Source: Candidatus Eiseniibacteriota bacterium
GTDB lineage: Bacteria > Eisenbacteria > RBG-16-71-46 > CAZAMP01
Assembly: GCA_965224245.1 (NCBI GenBank)
Contig: OZ245046.1
Span: 6,048,001 to 6,112,000 of the forward strand
DNA: 64,000 bases
Direction of reading: 5' to 3'
Under the pieces are notes generated by a model. The model was not told where the DNA came from and did no database searches. It worked only from the letters and a program-made list of their open reading frames with translations. Position numbers and translations under genes: made by a program. Positions 52,923-62,342 of this stretch are shown here, piece after piece; the first letter of the stretch is position 1; every line of letters begins with the position of its first letter.

Positions 52923-53858
52923 GTGTCAGAGCAGGGCTATGTAGCACTTACCGACCCGGACTGGTATAGGCATCTTCTGTCTCAAACGCGGGTCGACGAG
53001 GTCAACTTCTGGCAGCCGCGTGGCAATCGATCATTCCGTGCCTTGAGCAGCGGACAACCGTTCTTCTTCAAGCTGCGAGCACCCCAGAAGCAGATCGCTG
53101 GGTTCGGGTTCTTCGAACGTTTCGAGGCGCTTCCGGCGTGGCTGGCCTGGGAGTGTTTCGGAGAGATGAATGGAGCTGGTAGTTTCGAGGAGATGGTCGA
53201 GCGTATCCTCAAGCTGCGTGGCGAGGGGTCGCAAACCGGGGACTTCGTCATCGGATGCGTGATGATCAAAGCACCGGTCTTGTTCGAGCAGACGGATTGG
53301 GTCGAGCCGCCAAAGGACTGGGCGCGCACGGGGATTCAGCAGGGCAAGAGGTACGCACTGGACTCGCCGGAAGGAGAACGTGTCTTTCGCGAGTGCCTGG
53401 AGCGCGCAAGCGCCGGCACGCGTTACTGGAATGTCGATCGCGTAGCGGAGGAATCGCCGAGATACGGTGCACAGGTGGAGGTGCGGCCACGGCTCGGTCA
53501 GGGACTGTTCAGCCTCGCCGTTCGAGACGCGTACAAGGGGGCATGCGCCGTCACGCGGGAGCACTCTGGCCCCGTCCTGGAGGCTGCCCACATAGTCCCG
53601 TACAGTCGTGGAGGACAACACAACGTTCGCAACGGGCTGTTGCTCAGAAGCGATCTCCATCGGCTGTATGACCGCGGCTACGTCACTGTTACGCCGGACC
53701 ATGAGTTCGTCGTGGGGCGTCGCCTTCGAGACGACTTCAACAACGGTAGAAGCTACTACTCATTGAATGGTGTACAGGTCTCGACGCCGGATGAGGCGCA
53801 ATGGCGCCCGAATCCGGAACACCTCGAATGGCACGTGAGCGAGGTGTTTCGCGGCTAG
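52923..53858 (+). CDS. HNH endonuclease, putative restriction endonuclease
   Basis: RLGQGLF...CAVT...LEAAHIVPY...NGLLLRSDLHRLYDRG; N-terminal DEVNFWQP...PFFFKL domain. Confidence 0.85.
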   Translation: MSEQGYVALTDPDWYRHLLSQTRVDEVNFWQPRGNRSFRALSSGQPFFFKLRAPQKQIAGFGFFERFEALPAWLAWECFGEMNGAGSFEEMVERILKLRGEGSQTGDFVIGCVMIKAPVLFEQTDWVEPPKDWARTGIQQGKRYALDSPEGERVFRECLERASAGTRYWNVDRVAEESPRYGAQVEVRPRLGQGLFSLAVRDAYKGACAVTREHSGPVLEAAHIVPYSRGGQHNVRNGLLLRSDLHRLYDRGYVTVTPDHEFVVGRRLRDDFNNGRSYYSLNGVQVSTPDEAQWRPNPEHLEWHVSEVFRG

Positions 53859-53944
53859 GTTGGTTGTCGTGAGGGCGTCACGAGATGTCATCTGCGCGGT
53901 CTCGGCGCGAAGGGTGGTTCCACGAGGACATCAGACGGAGGGGG

Positions 53945-54586
53945 ATGATGAAGATCGTACCCGGTGCTGGCGTACTCGCCTTGCTTGTCATGGCGGCGTC
54001 GACGCACGCAGGTCGAGTCGACTGGCAATCCGAGTCGGGCATCATCGCGTACGCCAGCGGAGCATACCTAGATCGGGCGGGGAACCTCTGGCAGATACAT
54101 GATGGAGGGGGCAGCGGCTGGGACTGGTATCCGAGAGATGTGCCTGGTGGGGGTGAGTGGCCCGTCCCGATCTCGGAGATAGAGTGGTGGGGCTTCTGGT
54201 CGCTGGTTACAAGGGACGGTGGGGGTTGGGCAGCAAACGAGGATGAGTGGTTCTTCGTCGGGAATCTGCCAGGCTCTCCCGTGGGGGTCATTCATGCTTC
54301 CGAACGTAGCCCTGACGCCATGGCACGTCCCAACCCATTTGCCCAGTCGACGATTCTGGAGTTTGAGACGAGCCATGCGCTGAACGACGCACGTGTTGAA
54401 CTCTACAGCGTCGATGGTCGTCGAGTGCACGAGATCGTGATTGGAGACGTGGAGATAGAGCAGTTCTCCATTGCGTGGGACGGACGAGACGGGAATGGAT
54501 TGCAGTTGGAGCCGGGAGTCTACTTGGCGACGCTAAGCTCAAGAGGTGGAGTCGAAATGACGATCAAGATCACCTACTCACCGTGA
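53945..54586 (+). CDS. Small secreted Trp-rich protein plus FlgD-Ig tail
   Basis: Signal peptide; PNPF...LYSVDGRRV...AWDGRD...PGVY. Confidence 0.75.
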   Translation: MMKIVPGAGVLALLVMAASTHAGRVDWQSESGIIAYASGAYLDRAGNLWQIHDGGGSGWDWYPRDVPGGGEWPVPISEIEWWGFWSLVTRDGGGWAANEDEWFFVGNLPGSPVGVIHASERSPDAMARPNPFAQSTILEFETSHALNDARVELYSVDGRRVHEIVIGDVEIEQFSIAWDGRDGNGLQLEPGVYLATLSSRGGVEMTIKITYSP

Positions 54587-55138
54587 GCGAGTGTGGGGCC
54601 TCGTGTTTCGCAAGATCAGCTTCGCAGCCACATGGGCGACGTCGTTCTCGTAGCCGGCTGATGCCGTGGACATCAGTCGCTCGCAGATCCAATCCTCGTC
54701 AAACAACTGCCAACGTTGTGCGCCAAAGTGCATGCGGAGTCCCTCGCGATCGGTGACGCGAGCAACATTTCCTGCGGCCAGGCAGAGAGTGACACGCGGT
54801 GATCGACGGCAGGCACCGCTTGCCACGAGCTGCTCCTGGAGCCTGGCCAAAACGACATCTCGGAGCTTGTCGTCGGTGAAGAGCTTGTACCGAGTCGGCG
54901 GCTCGAACGATCCGTTCCGGAACACGACACCCCGAGAGTCGAGATAGGACTTGCACTCGACGACGAGGACCTCGTTCTTGGCTCCCTTGTAGGCGAGAAC
55001 GTCTAGTTCCCATCGAGGGGAGCTGTGCCGACCGATCGCTTGCTTGTCGTCCTTCGTCAACGCGACGCGGAAACTGGTCGTCGTCCAGTAGCCGTCCCGC
55101 TTCAGCAGGAGCGCGATCAGCGTCTCGAATGCATCCAC
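54578..55138 (-). CDS. PD-(D/E)XK restriction-endonuclease-fold protein
   Basis: GAGGAGG SD and GTG 55138; FE...ELDVLAY...VVECKSY. Confidence 0.7.
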   Translation of the reverse strand: MDAFETLIALLLKRDGYWTTTSFRVALTKDDKQAIGRHSSPRWELDVLAYKGAKNEVLVVECKSYLDSRGVVFRNGSFEPPTRYKLFTDDKLRDVVLARLQEQLVASGACRRSPRVTLCLAAGNVARVTDREGLRMHFGAQRWQLFDEDWICERLMSTASAGYENDVAHVAAKLILRNTRPHTRSR

Positions 55139-55269
55139 GATCCCTCCTCGGGTCGGCCTTTCAGATAGCAGTTCGCGCGGCTGGAGTCGAGGACTTGGAG
55201 ACAATGATGAAGAGAGAAACCCGGCGCACCCGCACCGGGCTATCGAGACTCACGATGTCGCCCGCTCGA

Positions 55270-55884
55270 TCAGTCGCCGCTGACCATCTCCCTCAACATC
55301 CCCGCCTGCCGCTCCAACCTCTCCGCGATCTCGACGAGCCTCGGCGCCCGACCGAAGACGAGGTTCCCCGGCGCGAACGGCAGCGTCTCCTCCTCGCCCG
55401 ACCACGGCTCGACGTATCGCACGTAGACGAGGTCGCAGCCCTGGAAGCCCATGCCGCGCTCGACGCGCTCGACGGTGCCGACGATGTGGCTGGCGTCTTC
55501 GCGATGCGGGTTGTGGCGGATCATGACCTTGTCGCCGGGGTTCACGTCGGATCTCCTTTCGGTGGTTCGCGGTGGCGCGGGGCGAGACCCACCGCCGAGC
55601 GACTCGGTCACCGCCTCTCGCTCCGTCGAGCCGAGGTGTTCCATCGGTGCCAGCCGGTTCCCCGACCAGGCGTAGACTGCCTTCGCCCCAGCGTCGACCC
55701 GATCGACCCAGTTCACCGCGTTGCTGAAGGAGAACACCGAGAACGGCCGAGGCGTCGCCCCACCTCGTCGCTCCCGACACGCGGCGAGAACGGCACGCCC
55801 GACCTCCATGGCCAGGCGCTCGTCGGACTCGTTTGCGTTGCGAACGGCGTCTTCGTAGATCCAGAGCACGTGCGCGTATCCCAT
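55270..55884 (-). CDS. Hypothetical protein, possibly two fused genes (internal start at 55545)
   Basis: GGAGG SD at start; second in-frame AAAGGAG plus GTG. Confidence 0.6.
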   Translation of the reverse strand: MGYAHVLWIYEDAVRNANESDERLAMEVGRAVLAACRERRGGATPRPFSVFSFSNAVNWVDRVDAGAKAVYAWSGNRLAPMEHLGSTEREAVTESLGGGSRPAPPRTTERRSDVNPGDKVMIRHNPHREDASHIVGTVERVERGMGFQGCDLVYVRYVEPWSGEEETLPFAPGNLVFGRAPRLVEIAERLERQAGMLREMVSGD

Positions 55885-55893
55885 GGTGGCCTC

Positions 55894-56493
55894 CTACTTG
55901 AGCGCGGCGCGTAGACGGTTCGCCAATGAGCCCGCCTTGTTTCCGACGACCTCGCGCGGACCAAGGTGCCGATCGGTGTAGTCCAACGCCGCCTTGTTGA
56001 TCGAGACCTTGATCAGCTCGGGGTTCAGCACCTCCTCGGTGTCCGGCCGCCCCTTGATCGCGACCTTCACGCTCTTGCCACTCTTCTCGACGAGGAACGT
56101 CACGCGCTCGGCGACGTTGGTGGCGCGCCCTCCGGTGAACTCACAGGGGACGCCGGCCTTCTTGCACGCGTCTCGGTAGGGGCCGAGGACGTCTCGGAAG
56201 TGCGCCTTGGCGTCGGCGATGAGGGTGTTCGCCTCGCCTCGGAGCGTGGCGGCCTCGGCCTGCATCTCTCGGACGTTCCGCTCGGCGTCGACGACGGCGG
56301 TGCGGAGCGCGTCGAGGTCGGGGGTGGCCGTGTCGCGCGTCGTCGCGGGCGGTGTCGGCGTTTCGGCGGCCGGTGGGGCCTCGGGGGCCTTCTTCGTCCG
56401 GGCCTTCGCCGTGCGGCCTGATCTCGCCCCGGTGCCGCCCGTGGTCGCCTTCGTCGCCTTCGTCTTCCTCGGAGCCGTCTTCTTCGTCGCCAT
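55894..56493 (-). CDS. Hypothetical protein with Lys/Thr/Ala-rich histone-like N-terminus and coiled coil
   Basis: GAGGAGG SD; MATKKTAPRKTKATK... Confidence 0.7.
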   Translation of the reverse strand: MATKKTAPRKTKATKATTGGTGARSGRTAKARTKKAPEAPPAAETPTPPATTRDTATPDLDALRTAVVDAERNVREMQAEAATLRGEANTLIADAKAHFRDVLGPYRDACKKAGVPCEFTGGRATNVAERVTFLVEKSGKSVKVAIKGRPDTEEVLNPELIKVSINKAALDYTDRHLGPREVVGNKAGSLANRLRAALK

Positions 56494-56913
56494 CTCGTCC
56501 TCCTCGGCTGTGTCGCAGGCGCGGCGGATTGCGCGCCACTGCGACACATGCACGCTCGAGCCTGGCGAGGTCATCAAGTCATTTCAGGGGAATAAGTTAG
56601 CTTGATTTGGCGCCCATCGGAGCGAACCATGTGGGGAGCGATGAGGGCTGGAAAGCTCCCGGCGTCGCGGGGCCCGGACGCTGGGGGCGGCGTGAGGCAC
56701 TGCTTGCCATGGCGAGCGGTTGGGCGAGGGAAGCGGTGACATCCGGACACCACGACGCCCCCGACGACGCGCTCTGACGCGCCGGGGGGGCGGGGTATCT
56801 GGTTCCCCACGCCGATGAGGTGATGCGGAAGCGAAGGTGCAGAGCGCTGATGCTTGGGGAACGCGGGGACAGTACCACACGTCGTCGCGCGAGCGAGTTA
56901 GGAGAGCATGAGG

Positions 56914-57504
56914 ATGCCATATCGTGCCCCCGAGACCATGACCACCGCCGAGCAGCGACGGCTCCTCGACGTCAGCGCCGAGAGCCCACGCCCACGCGAT
57001 CACGTGATGATCTCGCTTGCACTCGGCACCGGGCTTCGGCTCGGCGAGCTGCTCGCGCTCGACGTAGGCGACGTCAGCCCCGATGGCGTCCACGTACGCA
57101 CCCGCGTGAAGCTGCGCGTCGAGACGACCAAAGGCTCGCGCAAGGGCGAGGTGTTTCTGCCCGATCGGGTCGTCGAGAAGCTGACGCGGTTCCTGGCGTG
57201 GAAGTCGATGATGGGGGAGTCGCTCGATGGCGACGCGCCGTTGTTCATCTCATCGTGGGGGAGACGGTTGTCGGCGAGGCGGACGCAGATGATGTTTCAT
57301 GGATGGCAGCGCAGAGCCGGTTTTGATCGACTGTACAACTGGCACTGCACCAGGCATTCGGCTATTTCCAACGTCTACCGAGCGTCTCGGGACCTCTTCC
57401 TCGCCCAGCGGTTCGCTCGCCACGCGTCACCCCTCACCACCATCATCTACACCCACGTATCGGATGAGGAGATGGCGGAGAGAGTGAAGGAGCTGCCGTG
57501 TTGA
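56914..57504 (+). CDS. Small tyrosine recombinase (catalytic domain only)
   Basis: TGLRLGEL, TKG, HCTRH, ARH, IYTH give the full R-K-H-R-H-Y set. Confidence 0.9.
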   Translation: MPYRAPETMTTAEQRRLLDVSAESPRPRDHVMISLALGTGLRLGELLALDVGDVSPDGVHVRTRVKLRVETTKGSRKGEVFLPDRVVEKLTRFLAWKSMMGESLDGDAPLFISSWGRRLSARRTQMMFHGWQRRAGFDRLYNWHCTRHSAISNVYRASRDLFLAQRFARHASPLTTIIYTHVSDEEMAERVKELPC

Positions 57505-57625
57505 CGTGGGTTGCGGTCGTCATGGTTGGCACGCTCGCGGCCCTCTGAGTCTCGACGCGCGTTCCGGCGGGAACTGTCGTAGCGTTCCATGCGGTTTCCT
57601 CGCGGAAGTCGCCGGTGTGGACTGC

Positions 57626-58273
57626 CTACGGAATGACGTAGAGGAACACGGCAAAGAAGTGACAAATGCTGCCGCCGAGCACAAATACGTGCCAGATCGC
57701 ATGATGGAACGGTCGTCGCGAGACGAAGAAGACGATGCCGAGCGTGTACGCGACACCGCCGGCCAGGAGCAAGGCGAGTCCAGCAGGCGCGAGTTCTGTC
57801 AGCAATGGCCGGGCAGCGCCGACGATCCCCCAGCCCATCAACACGTAGAGCAGCAGCTGGAGGCGACGCGCACGACCGCGCGAAACGGCTTCCAGCACGA
57901 TCCCCCCGATCGCGAGGCCCCAGACCACGGCGAAGAGGCTCCATCCCCAGCGCCCATCGAGCGTAATGAGAGCGAAGGGTGTGTAGGTACCCGCGATCAG
58001 CAGATAGATCGCGGAGTGGTCGAGAATGCCGAAGACCCGCTTGCCACGTCCAGACGGCAGCGCGTGATAGACCGTTGACGACGCATACAGGACGACCAGC
58101 GTGGCCCCGTAGATGGTGCAAGAGACCACGTCGATCGCGGAGCCCCTCCGAGCCGCAAACACGATCATGAGAACGAGCGCCGCAATCCCGATCAGCAAGC
58201 CGACGCCGTGAGTCAGGCTATGGGCCAGCTCCTCGGCGGCCGTGAACTTCTCGTCGGGATCTTTGGCAGGCAT
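57626..58273 (-). CDS. Hemolysin III / PAQR-family membrane protein
   Basis: EELAHSLTHG, SSTVYH, LDHSAIYLLIAGTYTP, HAIWHVFVLGG. Confidence 0.93.
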   Translation of the reverse strand: MPAKDPDEKFTAAEELAHSLTHGVGLLIGIAALVLMIVFAARRGSAIDVVSCTIYGATLVVLYASSTVYHALPSGRGKRVFGILDHSAIYLLIAGTYTPFALITLDGRWGWSLFAVVWGLAIGGIVLEAVSRGRARRLQLLLYVLMGWGIVGAARPLLTELAPAGLALLLAGGVAYTLGIVFFVSRRPFHHAIWHVFVLGGSICHFFAVFLYVIP

Positions 58274-58371
58274 GGTTCGGATCTACAACGCTCCTCACAT
58301 CGATCTGGTGGAGGCGGCAGCATAGCAAAGGGCCAGGGTAGGGACATTCTGGGGCACGAAAGCGGCAGCGG

Positions 58372-58701
58372 TCAGGGCAGGGCGCGGCGCTGGTCCGTCC
58401 ACGAGATCGATCGCAGCGCGGCCCGAAGCCGGGTCTCCCCAACCACGATCGTCCCATCGAGCAGCCCCACCTGGATGTCCGGCGCCAGTCCCAGCAGCGC
58501 CGTGATCTGCGAGAGCCGCGCCCTCGACACCCCGGCGACCCGAGCCACCTCGGCGAACGACTCCACACGCCCGTCGCGCACCATCTCGTCGAGCATGAGC
58601 GCCAGCGCCATGAGCCGGGCCGATCGGGGCACGGTGGGGACATCGGGTTCGGCGGCAGGGGCAGACTTGGGGCGAAACGTGGCGCGTATCGTCACGCTCA
58701 T
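58372..58701 (-). CDS. Small HTH protein typically found downstream of these serine recombinases
   Basis: ARLMALA...EVARVAGVSRARLSQI..L..LAPDIQ; overlaps recombinase stop. Confidence 0.7.
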   Translation of the reverse strand: MSVTIRATFRPKSAPAAEPDVPTVPRSARLMALALMLDEMVRDGRVESFAEVARVAGVSRARLSQITALLGLAPDIQVGLLDGTIVVGETRLRAALRSISWTDQRRALP

Positions 58702-60248
58702 GGGCCACCTCCGGGCAGAAGCGAGGCCGCTTCCTCGCGAAACGTAATCGCCACCTCGCCTGACGCCCCGTCGTACTCGACACGCTCGACGAGCAGCGCC
58801 AGCGCCTCGTGCTTCTCACGCGCCGTCAGACGCGCCCACAATGCGTCGAACTGCGACATGGCTTCCGACACGCCCGTGCGGTTGATCGCGCGGCCACGGA
58901 CGGCTGTGAGCGTCTCCTGGGCCACACGGCGGCGGTGCTCGGTGGTCTTGACCCGTCGCGTGATCTCGGTGATCCGATCGTCGTCGGCATCGCCACGGGC
59001 GCGGTTGAGTTCTCCACGCATCTGCTTGATCTCGGCGTCGAGCAGGCGGACGTCGTTGGCCAGTTCCTTCGCGCGGGCTTTCGCCTGGGCCTTCGCCGAC
59101 GCGACGGTGGCGGCGATGAGCTTCGGGTCGCTGCCGATGCCCCGGATCTGGTCGATGACGAACGCTTCGATCTCGCCGGCGGCGACCGGAGCAGTGGGGC
59201 AGACGTGGGCGCCTTCCTTCACGCGTCGCACGCATGAGTAGTAGCGATACCTCCGCGAGCCCTTCGTCGTCGCGGTCCTCGTCATCGCGGCGTCGCAGGC
59301 CGAGCATCGGAGGAGACCGGCGAGGAGGGCGACGCGCTTGGTCTTAGGCGCTGAGCCGTTCGTCACGCGATTGCCTGCGAGGCACGCCTGGACCGCCTCG
59401 AACGTCGCGACGTCCACGATGGCCTCGTGCTCGGCATCCACGATCTCGTCGCCGCAGCGGATGCGCCCGGCGTAGAGCGGGTTCGTCAGGAGCTTCTGGA
59501 GAGTCGACTTGCCGAAGGCCGAGTCGCCGTAGGTCTTGCCCGCCGCCGAAGCCCACCGCTTCGTGGTCCAGCCTCGACGGCGGATCTCGGCGATGGTGGC
59601 CGCGAGCGATCGCGTCTCCAGGTACGTCGCGAAGATCGCGCGCACCCGCTCGGCCTCGCCCTCGTTCACGACGAGCCGGCCACCGCCGTCCGCGATGTCG
59701 TACCCAAGCATTGGCACGCCGCCCGTCCACTGACCCCGTCGACGCGCCGCACGCATCTTGTCTCGCGTGCGCTCCCGGATCATCTCGCGCTCGAACTCGG
59801 CGAAGCTCATCAGCATGTTCAGCGTCAGCCGGCCCATCGAGGTGGACGTGTCGAGCTGCTGGGTCACCGAGACAAGGCCGACCTCGTGCTTCTCCAGCGT
59901 CTGCATAATCCGCGCGAAGTCCAGCAACGCACGCGAGACGCGGTCGACCTTGAGGACGACGACCCGATCGATCAGGCCCGCCTCGATGTCGCGCAGCAGA
60001 CGCTGGAACGCGGGTCGGCGTGTGTCGCCGCCGCTGAACCCACGGTCCTCGTAGACGTCGGGGAGCGCGGTCCAGCCGGCGTGGCGCTGGCTCGCAATGT
60101 AGGCGAGGCAAGCCTCCCGTTGCGCATCGATGGAGCTGAACACCTGATCCGCAGCATCATCGACCGATATGCGGACGTAGACGGCGCAGCGGACCACCGG
60201 CGGCGCCTGACGCCTGCCGTTGCGCGATGTGGTCGACAGGGCGGCCAT
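58698..60248 (-). CDS. Large serine recombinase
   Basis: CAVYVRIS, SIDAQ, DRGFSGG..RP, KVDRVSR, FAEFEREMIRER; recombinase and zinc-ribbon (LRCSAC) domains. Confidence 0.95.
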   Translation of the reverse strand: MAALSTTSRNGRRQAPPVVRCAVYVRISVDDAADQVFSSIDAQREACLAYIASQRHAGWTALPDVYEDRGFSGGDTRRPAFQRLLRDIEAGLIDRVVVLKVDRVSRALLDFARIMQTLEKHEVGLVSVTQQLDTSTSMGRLTLNMLMSFAEFEREMIRERTRDKMRAARRRGQWTGGVPMLGYDIADGGGRLVVNEGEAERVRAIFATYLETRSLAATIAEIRRRGWTTKRWASAAGKTYGDSAFGKSTLQKLLTNPLYAGRIRCGDEIVDAEHEAIVDVATFEAVQACLAGNRVTNGSAPKTKRVALLAGLLRCSACDAAMTRTATTKGSRRYRYYSCVRRVKEGAHVCPTAPVAAGEIEAFVIDQIRGIGSDPKLIAATVASAKAQAKARAKELANDVRLLDAEIKQMRGELNRARGDADDDRITEITRRVKTTEHRRRVAQETLTAVRGRAINRTGVSEAMSQFDALWARLTAREKHEALALLVERVEYDGASGEVAITFREEAASLLPGGGP

Positions 60249-60250
60249 GG

Positions 60251-60739
60251 TCAGTCTCTCGCTCCCTTGAGCCAAAACACCTTGCCATTCCAGTTCACGC
60301 CCGTCGCGGCCCTCGCCGCCCCGCTGAGCGAGCGGTACACGTCGCCGTCGAACTCGAAGCCGCCGTGCTCCAGGACACGGCACTCCAGGACGCGGTCTCT
60401 GTACTCGCGGCGAAGCACCGTGCCGGCGGGCGGGAGGTTGAGGTCGCGCGATGGCAGGCGATTGCGGACTCGGCGGGTTGCGGAGCCATCGGCGTTAGTC
60501 GGCGGTCGCGTGCGCAAGAAGCTGAAGTCTGCCAACTCACGCGCGCGTTCCATCACCGCTGCCGGATGTCCGGTCCAGCCTTCCTCTCGCGCCTGGAGCC
60601 GCCAGATCACGCGCTTGATCAGGTGCGGCTTCGAGTGCGCCCGCGTCGGCTCCTGCCACACGCGCTCATACTCCCGCTGCAACTCCTTCACCGTCATTCC
60701 CCCGAGCCGTTCGAACTCGGTGTCGATGTCGAGCGCCAT
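60251..60739 (-). CDS. DUF2924 domain protein
   Basis: IWRLQ...GTVLRREY...YRSLSGAARAATGVNWNG; directly upstream of the serine recombinase. Confidence 0.9.
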   Translation of the reverse strand: MALDIDTEFERLGGMTVKELQREYERVWQEPTRAHSKPHLIKRVIWRLQAREEGWTGHPAAVMERARELADFSFLRTRPPTNADGSATRRVRNRLPSRDLNLPPAGTVLRREYRDRVLECRVLEHGGFEFDGDVYRSLSGAARAATGVNWNGKVFWLKGARD

Positions 60740-61360
60740 GTATGCCTCCTTTCGGTGCCAACCACCCGGACATGACCGCTCTCATCGGCGGGGACATCAA
60801 GTGGTTCGTCCGCACTTCCGTGTGCGTGGCTTCGAACGTAGGCACGAGCGAAGAGGCTCGCCAGTGCGTCGCGGAGCGTCACCGGCCGAGTGCGTGGTGT
60901 GGCGGCGCCGATGACGGGCTGTAGTCCGTCCTCTCGCAATCACTTGCTCCCTTGCTCTTGACTCTCCGTCGTCGTGCGCACTAGGAATCAGCCTTGAGCG
61001 GGGCACTTCTCGACGAGAAGGGGCCAAGAGAGGCCAGGTCGAGGCTCGATCCCCGTTCAACGTCAGGTGATGTGGAAAGAGCACGTCGGTGGTTGTGTCG
61101 CCTGGTGGTACCTGCGTCGCAAGGACACTTCGCCGCCAGCACGTTGTGGCGTCGGACGAGGGGAGCCGAGTGTTTGCAGCAACGGGTCATGAAGCCTTCC
61201 CCCTAGAGTTGACGGCGTGACGGCCCTTCTCGGAGCGGTCCGAGAGTCTGATGGACTTCTCTTGTCCACTAACGCCATCTCGCCACGAGACGTCTCATGG
61301 CGAGCGTGCGGAGAGCAGGGCTTGTTCGTCGATGAACGGAACCAAGAGGGGGCGTGAGTC

Positions 61361-62128
61361 ATGCCTTCTGGAATTGCCCTGCTACTTGCCACGATGCAGC
61401 GACGCATTCGCGACGCATATCCCAACGGATTTCCCAAGGAGCTCCAAGAGCGGATGGAGCTCGAAATGGAAGCAATCCGAATCGAATCCGAGATGAAAGA
61501 ACGGCGGCGCATAAGAACCGCCGACCTCGATGAACTCGTTGCGCTTGTCGTGGCCGCGATCGGCTGTGATGGCACGAATTCAGATGAGACAATGGACGAA
61601 CTCACTCGTGAACTGGAGTTGGTCGTTCAACGCGCACCGATCAAGACACCAGACGACCTGGCATCCTTGCTCCGCAAAGTGATCGAAAACGTCCGAGATG
61701 TGACCACACCGGTGCCGGCTCATCGGCTGGACGTTACCGGAAAGACGGAGAGCCGCGGCACCAACATCGTGCTGCTAAATGAGCAGCGAACGCGCATCAA
61801 AGACGGCCAGTTCCCATTGTTGATGCGACTGGTTGTCGCGAGACTCGAGGGCGAGGATGATGGTGTCCACAAGATGGACATGGTCCGCGAGAACGTCACA
61901 CCCGCGCACCCAGACGGCGTCATCAATCGACTGCGTGATCACATACGAGACGGACTTGGCCTGTCTTCATCCGATAAGACATGCATCGCTACGGTTCCTG
62001 TCGGGAAGATCCGTTTGGAAGTGCCCACGGAGAACATCCAGTACAACAAGACGCTGCTGTTGGACCACCACATCGCCATCGTTCGTGACCTCGCTGAGCG
62101 CTTGCCTGATCTGTCCCTAGCGCGCTAG
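61361..62128 (+). CDS. Hypothetical protein (possible C-terminal winged helix)
   Basis: 255-aa ORF with GAGGGG SD and low-GC codon usage. Confidence 0.55.
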   Translation: MPSGIALLLATMQRRIRDAYPNGFPKELQERMELEMEAIRIESEMKERRRIRTADLDELVALVVAAIGCDGTNSDETMDELTRELELVVQRAPIKTPDDLASLLRKVIENVRDVTTPVPAHRLDVTGKTESRGTNIVLLNEQRTRIKDGQFPLLMRLVVARLEGEDDGVHKMDMVRENVTPAHPDGVINRLRDHIRDGLGLSSSDKTCIATVPVGKIRLEVPTENIQYNKTLLLDHHIAIVRDLAERLPDLSLAR

Positions 62129-62342
62129 TCCGGTCGCCCACTGACCGGGATTCAGCGCTGTATCTCATTCCCAGCATCGACTGCAGGGGGCTGGACGCCG
62201 GGCGTCGGTATGTCGCTGCCACTATGTGGCTTGCGAGTTCGTGATAGTACTCCGCGATACTCCGTCAGTCCCCACCACCATACCTGAAGTCGTTCAATGA
62301 GCGCGTACGGACGCACCCCGCACCACCGCGAGGAGTGCGGCC

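Noticed and set aside
51423-54586. Integron cassette array (co-oriented low-GC genes)
   Set aside because: No attC-like RYYYAAC...GTTRRRY sites in the spacers, and the tyrosine recombinase lacks IntI size and its insertion.
60694-60939. Small ORF upstream of DUF2924
   Set aside because: It overlaps the promoter-like motif and the DUF2924 start, and I cannot support it as a gene.
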